Source: Octopus sinensis (Eukaryota). Taken from it: a stretch of DNA of 64,000 nt. The notes under the pieces were generated by a model. The model was not told the DNA's origin, did no database searches, and was given only the letters and a program-made list of their open reading frames with translations. Of the stretch, positions 37,283 through 50,233 are shown in pieces. The DNA lies in NCBI RefSeq assembly GCF_006345805.1, contig NC_043006.1:47554001-47618000 (forward strand). Reading direction: 5' to 3'. A program made the position numbers and the translations under genes. Positions within the stretch are counted from its first letter, which is position 1, and every line of letters begins with the position of its first letter.

Positions 37283-37453
37283 GATTTCAAATTTTGATGC
37301 AAGTTTCGGGGGAGAGAGTAAGGCGATTATTAGGTGGTACATATTTTATCGATCCCGAAATAATGAAAGGCAAACTCAACATCGGCAGAATTTCAGCTGA
37401 GAACAAATACAGGTAAACATTTTGTCCGGTGTACTCAGGTTGTTCGCCGCTTT
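37283..37453 (-). mobile_element. SINE family B, diverged
   Basis: TTTATCGATCCCGAAATAATGAAAGGCAAACTCAAC and TTCGCCGCTTT head remnant. Confidence 0.65.
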
Positions 37454-37525
37454 AATACGCATATAAGAATATCTATTTTACCTACATATCTATCCATGTA
37501 GCTACCTATCCATCTATCTACCTAA

Positions 37526-37574
<49 letters not shown>

Positions 37575-37577
<3 letters not shown>

Positions 37578-37900
37578 AGGTCAAAGAACCCCTTCGGTCA
37601 TGAATGACCATGACATTGCACCTAGAATGTCCTCTGATACACAAGTCCATGCAAATTTGTATATAGGAAGCCAGCGGTCACCCATGATTACGGAACTCTC
37701 CTCTCTATGTCACAGCTGCTGTCCAAGGGAAAGGCCGATACAACATGGCACCAGGCAAGTGATAAGCCATCTTTACAGCTAACTGAAGCAACGTGAAATA
37801 AATTGTATTGCTCTAGGAAACAACATATAGCCAGGTCCGGGAATCGAAATCGCTACCGCATGATTGTAAGTCCGACGCTCTAAGAAGTTAGCCATGCGCC
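37575..37900 (-). mobile_element. tRNA-derived CORE-like SINE (family G), diverged
   Basis: Reverse-complement head AGGCGCATGGCT...TTTCGATTCCCGG, then CCTAGAGCAATACAATTTATTTCACGTTGCTTCAG. The TTTCACGTTGCT segment is shared with 29985-30229. Confidence 0.65.
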
Positions 37901-39259
37901 TTTTTTTTTCACTTTGTGTATAAAATTGATATTATTTTCTAATACGTTGAACGACATAATAAATAGGGATATGTTAAATGCATTCTTCATCTTACGGAAT
38001 TTCAATGTGTAGAAAGCCCAGCCACCTCTCCGGGTTATTGATGATAATATGGTGCTAAACAATAAATATCATTAGAGATGATAACTATTACGAAAATCGA
38101 AATACATATATCATGCGGTATAACAGGCCGAATGACTGCAGTAATAACTTGATGAACACTCAGCTACATTTTGCGACACTCTGAAATGCCAAACCAAATC
38201 TAACGCTTAATTTGTGATGGACCGATATGAATACTGATTCACGCAACCAGTCACACGTATGACTTACTATGTGTTTATGCTACCAGATTTTTAGCTCAGC
38301 ATAGCTGCATTTACATTTTTGCGGAAAGCAAATCAAAGCTTATAAATCGTCCAAATTAATCGCCAAAGGTCGGAATAAATTGTGGCAAAGCAATTGATAG
38401 TTGACTGCGCATATATTATTCACATGTATGCGATATATGAGCGTCATTTGACAAAGGGCAAATAGAGCGAATTACTTGAATTGTTAGCAGTGACAGAAGA
38501 GGTTCGGGGAATATAGTTCACATAAATCTGGTTGATGCTTCAATTTCTTTCTTGTTTCTCTTCTGTTTAAGCCAACCGGACTTTCTTTCGTATTGAATTT
38601 TTAATGAGAGGGACAACATCATTGCACAGATGGGGACATATTATCCAGCGGTGAGACTGTTTATGCAGTCTCTTTACAGCTTGCGAAAGAGACAGAGGTT
38701 GAGAAGAGGGAGAGAAAAAGATACTGGATAGTGGGAGCAATAGGGATGGAATAGAAAGGGCATAGAGATCAATTCACGTGGTAGTGTTAGGATATAGGCC
38801 TGATTTGATGTATAAAATGCCTATAGGAGGGAGGGAGAATTTAGTTTGCGAATGTGTCAAGTCGCATCACAGATGTAAACACATCGTCATGGCTAGGGTA
38901 GAATTGAGATGAATGTAATTGGATATGGAATATAAATGAAGGAAATGTCGTCTAAAGCATAAAATGGTAACAAAGTGATAGCTTCATGTCTAAAATATTG
39001 CTGCAAATAAATGTAGACATTCAAGGTTAGGTTTTCTATAACGAACAAGAAAAAGTAACATCACTCTATCATATCTGTTTATGAAATCACTAAGCTATTC
39101 CATAACAGAAGCAGTTAGTAGTTTTAAGTCTAACATGTATTGGTCGTAAAATGATTAAATGCATTTAATGCTTCTATGATTATGAAAAACTTCACTCAAC
39201 ATTTTGGCTTTAGAAGCAATATATAATTGTGTTTGTGAGTGTGTATGCCTACATTTGTG

Positions 39260-39363
39260 TGTGTGCTTTATGTTTATATATGTATGTATTTATGTATATA
39301 ATACATACATATATATATAAACATATATTTATGCACATATATGCATATGTATATATGTATATA

Positions 39364-39417
<54 letters not shown>

Positions 39418-40034
39418 TATTATGTGTGTGTGTGTACATACATAATTATATACACACATACATACATACATACATACATACATACACAGACACACACACA
39501 CATACATATATATATACATGTATAAGTATAAATTCCAGTTTTCATCTAACAGTTGCCTCCTTTATCTCGAGATGCTTGGATTATTTATATACGTCAAAAT
39601 TCTGCATCTTTGTATAAGAGAATACGACATGTGTGAGTCAACAGCGCACATAGGACGACTAATGCAGTCTTAACATGTTAGAAAAGTTCATTTTGTGCAC
39701 TTAACTAAATCAAATTCTATTTCAATATTTCTAGAAGAATTGAATGAAGGGGGCCTTCAGGTTGATTGTAATATTTCAGAAAGCTCTTTTAGATCATACA
39801 CTTCCAGAAACTGATTTATTGAGTTTGCATAGATAACCTGACCTTTTCTGATACCATTTGCAATTTGTAGACAAGTAAATGGTGAAGAAATCGGATGAGA
39901 CCGAATGACATAGAAATTAAAGAGAAAATATACGTTGGATTTATCACCAACATGTGTGTGATACATGTGTCAGAATAAATATGTGTACACAAACACACAC
40001 ACATACATACATATATATACACAAGCATATAGAA

Positions 40035-40071
<37 letters not shown>

Positions 40072-40233
40072 ATATATATATACACACACATATATAGCGA
40101 GGAGAGAGAGAGAGAGAAGGAGACAGAAACAAAAAGTGTGGGAGTGAGAATGTAAGACTGAGAGAGGGAAATATAGGTATATATATGCATTTATGTATAT
40201 ACATATGCATGTATATACATGTATATATGTATG

Positions 40234-40265
<32 letters not shown>

Positions 40266-40360
40266 ATTATATACATACGCATGTATACTCATTCTGAAAT
40301 GCATACGAATTCATGAATATATAATATATATATATGCTTGTATATATATATATATATATA

Positions 40361-40420
<60 letters not shown>

Positions 40421-40836
40421 ATGTGTGTATGTATGTATGTATGCATGTATGTACCTATGCACGTTTGTGTATGTATGTATGTATAAGTATGGGCATGAGT
40501 ATACGCATATTATTGATTCCGAAATATGAAATTCACACGGTGAATGTGTAAATGAATAGACTGGAGGGGAAAACTTTGAAAATAGAAGTAGACGCAGAAA
40601 CAAAGCTTTAATGGCAGACATAAAAATAATGAATATTATAAAAGGAATATAAAATATAAAATGCAATATGAATGACATGAACAACTAGAACAAGAACAAC
40701 GACAACAGGACAAGCACCCCACCACCCACACCCATAACAACAGTAAGAGTGACAACGACAGCGAAAGGAATACCAACAACAAAAATAATAAATAATAATG
40801 GTGATTATACTGCATGCTATAGTTATTATACTTATC

Positions 40837-40889
<53 letters not shown>

Positions 40890-41029
40890 TAATAATATAA
40901 TAATAATAATATAATAATAATAATAATAATAATGCTGCTGGCACAGAAACGTCCAAAACTTTGGTGGTGATTGCAAGGGGAACATGGAAAACAGTAGGCG
41001 ATTTGCATCGAGCAAACGAGCGAATTCAA

Positions 41030-41125
<96 letters not shown>

Positions 41126-41132
41126 TATATGT

Positions 41133-41173
<41 letters not shown>

Positions 41174-41341
41174 TGTATGTATATATATATGGATGTATAT
41201 GTATATGTATGTATATATATATATACATATAAATGTATATATATATGTCTATATTTATATATATATATGTATATATATATATATGTCTATATTTATATAT
41301 ATATATATGTATTATATATATATATATAATATATATATATA

Positions 41342-41374
<33 letters not shown>

Positions 41375-41375
41375 T

Positions 41376-41408
<33 letters not shown>

Positions 41409-41413
41409 GTATA

Positions 41414-41490
<77 letters not shown>
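39260..41490. repeat. Dense cluster of (TA)n/(TG)n/(TAA)n arrays, including ~460 bp of (TA)n at 41030-41490
   Basis: Read directly. Confidence 0.9.
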
Positions 41491-42329
41491 ATATAGAAGT
41501 AAATAAATATATTCAATGAGAATAAACATGGAAAATTAAAAAGCAATAACACAAGAAGCATAAAAGCATGATGATGATGATGATTATGATATCAAAACAA
41601 AAACTATATAATATATAATAAATGAAACCAAATATGGACATGCATTAAATTTTGTTGTTATTGTTTTTCTTACCTCCCCACCATATTTTTTTTAACAAAG
41701 AAAGGGAAACCGAAACTAAACGTAAAAAATAAGTATACGAAAGATTCAGTAAATGAGTTTGCTTCAAGTCAATGTGAATAGAAAACATAAAGATGAAAAT
41801 CAAAACACAAACGCCAAATATTCATTGTTGTCTAGTTAAATTATAAATGACATAGATTCCGAGTTAGCTTGACATCGTGTGATATGTACGGAGTAACCTC
41901 TCCTTAAAATCTCTGAGTGTACTGGCGCAGTGATATGTATATTAAAACAATTGATGCTATGGTTAAAATTTTGTTGTTGTTCCTAGTAGCGTTATTGATT
42001 TTGTTATTTTCGGTGTTGTGTCCCAGTTCAGCCCTGATCGAGCAAATGTAATTTGATAAACAGCTTTCAAGCCCCCATTCGTCTACTTTGGGGAAAGTGT
42101 ATATCCTGTACTGTATTACCCGATGTGTTCTCTCTGTATCTTTAGATGTTAGAATGTGAGATTCTAGAGAAATGTGTCTTGTTTGTCTGTCTGTAGCAGG
42201 TCGTGCGACCATATACAATTTTCATAAGTTGAACGATGTGAAGATACCGTGTTTTGGTGATGTTTTGAAATATTATTTGAGGGGTATTAACATGATGTTG
42301 CGACAACATATTATCATTATTATTATTAC

Positions 42330-42990
42330 TGAGTGAGAGAGCAGTACATGCCATCAAAGCGACACAGGGCTAAAATATAATAAGCTCAGTACACCTATGA
42401 TCATTACCCTCATGATGAGGGTATACCAGGTACATGCATCACAACCATATGTGCACGCCATGATGATCACATATCGAGATAAAGTCGCATGACCTTTGAG
42501 GTGAGGCCCAGTTAAATTTTTTTTCAGATCGAGTAGCCCCTCCCACCCAATAGATCACTGAATAAGTGTTATTTAAGGAGGATGAACAAAACATCCATGG
42601 TTCCAGAGCTGTATTATTCAAACCCCAAAGAATTCCTCTCAACACATGGATATGATGCTTCTCCACTACTTCTGCTCGTTTTCAGAGATGCATATACAGT
42701 CAGCCAATAACGAAAATGCTGAAGAGGTTAAAGTGAAACAACTGACCAGCAAATCTGTAGTATTGAGCAGAATATTTGTTGTAGCCCATATTTTATACCA
42801 AGACAAAACAATGTACCTGATAACACTTCCAATCAGTTAAGATCAGAAGCCATGACAACCACTGCCTTGTACTGCATCAGGACACAAACGAATCTGTGGT
42901 ACTGAGCAGAATATTTGTTGTAGACCACCTTTTATGCCAAGACAAAACAATGCACATGATAACACTTCCAATCAGTTAGAAGCTACGAGA
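42330..42990 (-). mobile_element. Non-coding interspersed repeat family E, copy 1 (5' ~100 bp duplicated)
   Basis: Reverse complement of 43606-44165. GAGCAGAATATTTGTTGTAG...AACACTTCCAATCAGTT occurs twice (about 42765 and 42905). (TTA)n at both ends. Confidence 0.8.
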
Positions 42991-43030
42991 CTCAGTGCCT
43001 TATTGTTGTTGTTGTTATTATTATTCTTAT

Positions 43031-43183
43031 TTCAGTTTCCGTCTATCAAATCCACTCACAAGGCTTTGGTCGACCCGAAGCTATAGTAGAAGACACTTGC
43101 CCAAGGTGCTACGGAGCAGGACTGAACCCGGAACCATGTGGTTGGTAAGCAAGCTACTTACCATACAGCCACTCTTGCGCCTA
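43031..43183 (-). mobile_element. SINE family A, 5' half only
   Basis: Well-preserved head and CORE-like segment; abuts the RLE fragment. Confidence 0.85.
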
Positions 43184-43184
43184 T

Positions 43185-43513
43185 TGTCGAAAATAGAAAT
43201 GTAAAGATTCTATGGGATTTTGTGATTCAGTGTGACCATGAGATAGAGAATAGGAAGCCGGACATAGTCTTAATTGAGAAAGAAAACAAATTATGCTGGA
43301 TCATAGATAGAGCATGCCCAGATGACAACAAGGTAGGCGAGAAGAAAGAAAAGTTGAGAGGTATGACAGGTTAGCTTTGGAAGTTAAGCAGGTCGATAAA
43401 AAAGGTAACAATAGTACCAATAATTGTCGGAGCCCTGGGAACAGTGAGCAAAATTTTCGAGAAGTACATGGAAACTGGAAACAAGGTATGCGATAAGGAA
43501 GAAAGAAAGGGCG

Positions 43514-43514
<1 letters not shown>
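43185..43514 (+). mobile_element. R4-like RLE endonuclease fragment followed by (TAA)n
   Basis: ENRNVKILWDFVIQCDHEIENRKPDIVLIEKENKLCWIIDRACPDD...IVPIIVGALGTVSK. Confidence 0.85.
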
Positions 43515-43583
<69 letters not shown>

Positions 43584-43605
43584 CAACAACAATAATAATA
43601 ATAAT

Positions 43606-44163
43606 GATAGACCTGATGCAGTACCAGGCAGTAGCTCTCGTGGCTTCTCATCTTAACTAATTGGAAGTGTCATCACGTACATTGTTTTGTCTTGGTATAA
43701 AAGATGGGCTACAGCAAATATTCTGCTCAATACCACAGATTTGCTTGTCAGTTGTTTGGCCTTAACCAGTTGACCATGTCCCTTAGTGGCTGACGATATA
43801 TGCATCTCTGATCACGAGCAGTAGTAGTGGGAGAGCATCTTAGCCATGTGTTTAGAGGACTTCTTTGGGGTTCGAATAATTCACTTCTGGAAATATGGGT
43901 GTTTCGTTCAACATACTTAAACAACCCTTATTCAGGGACCTTTTGGGCGGGATGGGTTACTCGACCAGAAGAAAATTCTAACTGGGCCCCACATGCAAGT
44001 TCATGCGTTGTTTATCATAATATGAGATCTCCATGTCGCGCACATATGGTTGTGATGCATGTGCCTAGTGTACCCTTATCAGACGGGTTGTCATGATGTG
44101 TATACTGGGCTTCGTATATTTTACCCCAGTGTCACTTTGATGGCATGCACTGCTCTCTCACTC

Positions 44164-44165
<2 letters not shown>
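43606..44165 (+). mobile_element. Non-coding interspersed repeat family E, copy 2
   Basis: Flanked by (AAT)n at 43515-43605 and 44165-44360; homologous to 42330-42990. Confidence 0.8.
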
Positions 44166-44215
<50 letters not shown>

Positions 44216-44283
44216 TAATAATAATAATAATAATATTAATAATGATAATAATGATAATAATGATAATAACATTAATAATAATG

Positions 44284-44362
<79 letters not shown>

Positions 44363-44534
44363 TATCATTGAGAAAAAGAAAAATGGAATATATCCATAAA
44401 ATATTTTCAGTTATAATCAGCAGAATCTTAAAGATCGCGTTTCAAACTTTGGGATTTGGCTCCATACGGTAGAAAGCTAGCCACTCTCGCTGACTTGGAA
44501 ATAACCTGATTACCAGGTTCTGAGAAGCTCACTA

Positions 44535-44737
44535 TATTTGGTTGGTGCATAATTATTGCGGCTTTTTTCCAATAAATTTTATTCAACGAAAAATATGAAC
44601 ATAACGCCAAGCGGAAATTAAAGTAGATTGTGAATATGCTCCGGAATAACCATTTAAAGATGTTTTTGTTAACCTTTGTTTTTGTTGAATGAAATTTATT
44701 GAAAAAAAAGCTGCAATAATTATGCACCAACTTAATA
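44535..44737. mobile_element. Mariner-type MITE (Hsmar1/MADE1-like TIRs), 203 bp including TA ends
   Basis: TATTTGGTTGGTGCATAATTATTGCGGCTTTTTTCCAATAAATTTTATTCAAC ... GTTGAATGAAATTTATTGAAAAAAAAGCTGCAATAATTATGCACCAACTTAATA. Confidence 0.9.
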
Positions 44738-44975
44738 GTATTTAATATTTTTGCTGAAAGCAGAGTAGATTTTTGGGTCGCCACTGTTGTGAAGAAAAGC
44801 AGGTCATAATTTTATACTTTCACACCTTACTATAGGACAAAATGCATTTAGCTACGTTGATGCTATTCGCTGAATCGACCAGCATGGAACTATAAAGATC
44901 TATCGAATCTCATGGAGCAGAGTGATTCTTGACGATGAAAAATGAAGTTATCACAGCAACAAATGCTAGAAGAAA

Positions 44976-45034
<59 letters not shown>

Positions 45035-45248
45035 ACTGAAGAAGTTGTGACGAAGGAGGACAACACGAGAAAGAAGAAGCGGGGAGGAGGAGGAACCTGT
45101 TAAAGAATACAGAACAGGAAGGACAAGAAGAGAGGGAGAAAAAAGTAAGATTAAGGTGTCGGGAACGAAGGGAAGAAGAGGGGAATTTTCGAGCAAGCGA
45201 TAAGAAGGATATTAAGAGTAACCAGAAGAAATAGAAACTGAAGAAAAC

Positions 45249-45293
<45 letters not shown>

Positions 45294-45549
45294 CTTTCAA
45301 ATGTATGCTTGTCTTTTCAAGATGGGATGCTAGAATATGAAATATAACTTGCAGCTTCACTATCACGTTAAGTTCCCTTCGTCGATTATGTGACTGCAAT
45401 GTGCTGTTATATGATGAGATAGTGTGACATTGTTGGAATGCTTAATATTCTTATACTGCGGTATGGCGTATAAAGTATCAGATACTCAGAGAAAATTATA
45501 TGTACTGATGATGTAAATAATAATGATGATAATAATGATAATAATAATA

Positions 45550-45615
<66 letters not shown>

Positions 45616-45650
45616 TAATAATTGCCACTTGCAATGCTGTGCTTGTGTTG

Positions 45651-45946
45651 TTTGTTCCTTCTCGAGCCATGCCTGACTCATAAGGGCTGGTTTCCCTGTT
45701 TCTTTAGCGTATAGGTTCCCCACCTAGACGGGACGCCGGTCCGTCGCAGGTGAGCTCCAAAATGCAGGAGGAAAGATTGACAGAAAGTTGTGGCGAAAGA
45801 GTCAGCAGAAGTTCTGCCATTACTTCCTGCTGGAGCCGCGTGAAAGCTTAGCTCTTTTTGCTCATAAACACACACATCGCTCGGTCTGTGATTCGAACCC
45901 GCGATCCCGAGTCCGCTGCTCTAACCACTAGGCCATATGGCTCCAC
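45651..45946 (-). mobile_element. SINE family C with 13-bp TSD
   Basis: Homologous to 146-427. TSD TGTGCTT(G/T)TGTTG at 45638-45650 and 45947-45959. Confidence 0.88.
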
Positions 45947-46209
45947 TGTGCTTTTGTTGGTAGGGTTTTATTCGTTTTTAGTGTTGTTCTGATCTGATGT
46001 GTTGAGTTTGACATATAACTTTATGAAATTAGGATTCTGATGAAAAGTTTAATATGTAACGACATGTTGAGACACATTTAATATATATGTATATATATTT
46101 CTATGTGAAGACAGTAGAAGCATTAATAATGAAGTACCAGACAATGTTATTGATTTAATTATATATATTATCCGACACTGATATTCTCAAATACAAACGT
46201 GTATATATT

Positions 46210-46243
<34 letters not shown>

Positions 46244-48689
46244 CATACATACGCACACAAACACAAACACACACACACACACATATGTATATAATGGAAT
46301 CCAAGGAGACTTGTGTTGGTTTCTGTTCAAATAGGATTGTATGAAATATAGCTTCATAAAGAGACTAGAATTGGATAATATAGTTATCTCCAACTCTTCA
46401 AATCGTTCAGCGGATTGTAATAACAATATTAATAAAAGTTTGGTTTACTAGTGAGCAGCTGTGTATCTGAAAATATTTTACTCTTGAGTGAGAACAGACA
46501 AAATTTGATAAGTAATCAAAGGCCAGTGTAAAGATATTTCATAGATGTACTCTGTTCCTAAAATGCATAAAACAGTTCCATGATATACTTAGAAATTCTA
46601 TTCATAACCAGTAAAGAAAAAGGTATCGCTTTTGTATAACTTATTGTAAAAGTATGTATTATCTCAGCCTCATTGCTGTATAATGAATATCATTCATTTT
46701 CGTAGCATAGGAGTTGTCTATGAAAGTTGATGAACTCTACATATTTATGAACTGCAAAATTATAAAGGTTACCTTCATACATCCTCCTTGCAATATGTAC
46801 ATTTCGTACATAACACAATGCAATCTTAATCGAGAATTGAAACCATCAATGAAAATATTGTTTGTATTTCCCAGCATTTTCTTCGCAGACAGAAATACTT
46901 TTAAAACTGGAAGTTATTTGTTCAGAATAAAAATAAAGTACATTTGCGATAGGTTGGTTGGACGTTACAAGCATGTCTGCTAAATGAAAATTTTAGGCAT
47001 CTCTAGCAGAATATGATCGCAGAACGCCCAAGGAAAATTTCAGTTCTGTTTCTTATTAATTAAGGGTATCACATACAACAGACCACCTGTAATTGGTGGT
47101 TGAACGGTATTAAGTTATTCTAAGCCTGGTAACCTAACCCGAATTCTTACAAAAGTGGTGGATTAAGTACTCAAGAGCTAAGTTCACTCACTGTGGGATT
47201 CTATACTATTTCTAAATACCAAATCTCAAGCACAAGTTTATGGCCGATGGAAAACATTATAAAAGTTGGTGAGATCGAGTCGAAATCCAACTAGGTACAG
47301 ATCGAAATTTTAACAATACAGTTGGTACAGATTTCTAAACTGATGACATGTAATTGAAAGTATTCATGTTTTCATCGATTCTAAGCCACATAACTGTTAT
47401 AGCGGGATTTAACAGAAAGAGAGAGAGACAGAAACAGAGACAGAGAGAAAGAGAGAGACAGAAAGAGAAAGACAGACATACCCTAAGTATACTATGTATA
47501 GTTATGGTCTGACGCATGAAGATGCTAGGTGGGCGCCGACTGTGCTCGAACATACACTAGATGGTTACTCCTAGTTCTTGTGAGGCAGTGAATACAAATT
47601 GATTCGAGCATATCTTAAAGATTTTGAACAATACAAGTATAATAAATATACAATCAAAATAAAATATATGAAGAGATACGTAAGCCTAACTTTGGTGGTT
47701 AATGTAACTTCCAGATGTTTGAAGGTATCAACCACATAGAAACAGTACAGGTCATCGAGCAATGACACACCCATTGTCTGAGTATTTTATAAATAAACCA
47801 AAGACAAAAAATAATGGTAACATTGAAATGGAGAATTTTTTGGGGAAAAAAATAAGGATCTCGATTTAATCTGTAATAATCCTTTCATGACTCATTTCAC
47901 GAATCCCAAATATTCATTAAAACGGTTAGATAACTTTGATTTATGTATAATTAGAGAGATGACTAGAAAAATTACTCCCCTGAGAAATGGCGCTGTTTAA
48001 TATGTAAAATTTCTCTTGCAAAAATGAAAGTTTGGAAGATATTCCCCAAAAGCTTTATGAAATGAGACAATGTAGATTTAAATTCATTTTGAAATTGTTC
48101 ATAAATTTATTTTTTAATGTATATGTTCTCTCTCATTTCATTCTATTTTAAATGATATACGCTTCGAGACGTCAATATGCGAGGATACGCATGAATGAGT
48201 TCTCGTTACATTCTCCAAGAATGCGTGAAACCTAAAACGTTTAAGAAAGGATAAAATGGGTGCTTACATTGTTTAACTCTGCCTCCGGCCATTACCAACC
48301 GAACTGAAATGAATTAGAATTAAAATGAAAATCAAACAGGGGTTAGATTGCGGTATCAGAGGAGAGGATCTTCAGATTTAATATACGATGCTTGCCGCAT
48401 TAGTTCATTTGAAGAGGGTGGTGGGTGGTGAAAACATTAATTTTTTTTTCTCTAGGAGATTTGTTGAAAGAACGACAGATGTTGCAAATGTAGACTGTCG
48501 ATTATCTAACATTGTCATGAATAATTGTTGCAATATATGGAATACTTCAGTGGGGGTGGGGTGTTATTTCATTTTCTATGGCTCTAACATGAAATATGCA
48601 GGTATATATATATACATAGAGACACCCTAGAAAATGTATCTTATATAGAGACACATAGTTATACACACATACCCCCATGACGCACATGC

Positions 48690-48795
48690 GCAAACACACA
48701 AGCACGCCCAACATAGACACACACACACACAAGCACACCCAACATAGACACACACGCAAGCACACCCGACATAGACACACACACAAGCACACATG
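48690..48795. repeat. Short CA-derived minisatellite (27-31-bp units containing CAAGCAC...ACATAGAC)
   Basis: Three ACATAGAC markers at about 48711, 48742 and 48769. Confidence 0.7.
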
Positions 48796-48935
48796 CAAAA
48801 GACGTAGATAGATAGATAGATATATATATAGATAGATAGACAGACAGAAAAACGTGGTGTGAGTGGAGGTATCATTGAAGCTATGTGCGTGAATGGATAT
48901 TATATGAGTTTGTGTAAAAGAGTGCTTATGAGATT

Positions 48936-49080
48936 AACTGGCAGACTTGTTAATTCAGCGAATGGAATGCCTTGCCAAATTTGCGCTGACGCTCTGCACA
49001 CTGAGTTCAAATTCGGCCGAGGATAACTTTGCCTTTTGTTATTTCAGGGTTGATAATAGCAAGGCCAGTCGAAGTTGGTG
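48936..49080 (+). mobile_element. SINE family B, highly diverged
   Basis: CTGAGTTCAAATTCGGCCGAGGATAACTTTGCCTTTTG. Confidence 0.6.
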
Positions 49081-49337
49081 TATGAGCAGATTATTTAGAG
49101 CGTCCGAAGGGATAGTTCTTGTTATATGTTATAGAATTTTGTCTTGTGGAAGACCTACAATGGCAAAGCTGCCCGGCTGTGTCTAGCTACCGTTTGCACA
49201 AACAGCAGTGAAGTCGTAGGGGAAAAAGGCTTCCGAGCAAAGGGAACTGCTAGGACGGCTGCACCTTTCCTGCTACCGTATACAAGAACACACACACACA
49301 CACACACACGCACACACACACAGGAACACACACACAT

Positions 49338-49555
49338 ATTCTTTTCTTTTATTCTTTTATCTATTTCAGTTATTTGACTGAGGCCATGCTTCAGTATCGA
49401 CCTTAGTCGAACAAAACGACCTAGGACTTATTCCTTCTTAGCTTAGTAACTATTCTATCGACCGTATTTACCGAACCTCTAAGTTACGGAGGCGTAAACA
49501 CACCAACATCGATTGTCAAGCGATAGTGGACGGACAAACACAGACACACAAGCAT
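49338..49555 (-). mobile_element. SINE family A, 3' half, ending in its internal microsatellite
   Basis: TTTCAGTTATTTGACTGAGGCCATGC...AAACACACCAACATCGATTGTCAAGCG, then (CA)/(TA)n. Confidence 0.8.
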
Positions 49556-49569
49556 ACGCGCACGCATAC

Positions 49570-49659
<90 letters not shown>

Positions 49660-49988
49660 CTATATAATAGTTTATTTGGTTGCACTGATATTGATCTGTA
49701 TATAGACAGATGATAAGCAGCTTGCTTTATTATAGTAGAGATGTGACTAATTCGAAGAAACAATATTTTCATTATTCACACATTGTCAGTCCCGTAATAC
49801 AACACTGTAATTTTGGTTCAAATTGAAAGTGTGAAACTATTTTCAAATAACAAAAGCTGGTTGTTTACACAACGTAGAAAATATGTAAAGGAAAATGGAA
49901 TTTTGGGGGTTGCCGAAAGTTTACTGAATATTTTGCTACCCCATAGATCAAAATCTGCAATTCAGACTTCGAATGGATAAGGGACACA

Positions 49989-50024
<36 letters not shown>

Positions 50025-50080
50025 CACACACATACACACACATACACACACACACACAGAAACTCTCTTTTATATATATA

Positions 50081-50125
<45 letters not shown>

Positions 50126-50194
50126 GTGAGAGAGAGAGAAATAGATTATATATGTAAGCATATATATACATGTGTCTGCGTGCGTATACATACA

Positions 50195-50233
<39 letters not shown>

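Noticed and set aside
40680-40830. Thr/Asn-rich peptide-like stretch ([18 protein letters not shown])
   Set aside because: Decayed (CAA/TAA)n low-complexity DNA between microsatellites; no splice signals.
43610-43635. GACCTGATGCAGTACCAGG at the family E end, faintly like U2 snRNA stem-loop IV
   Set aside because: Short gapped similarity only; the rest of U2 is absent.
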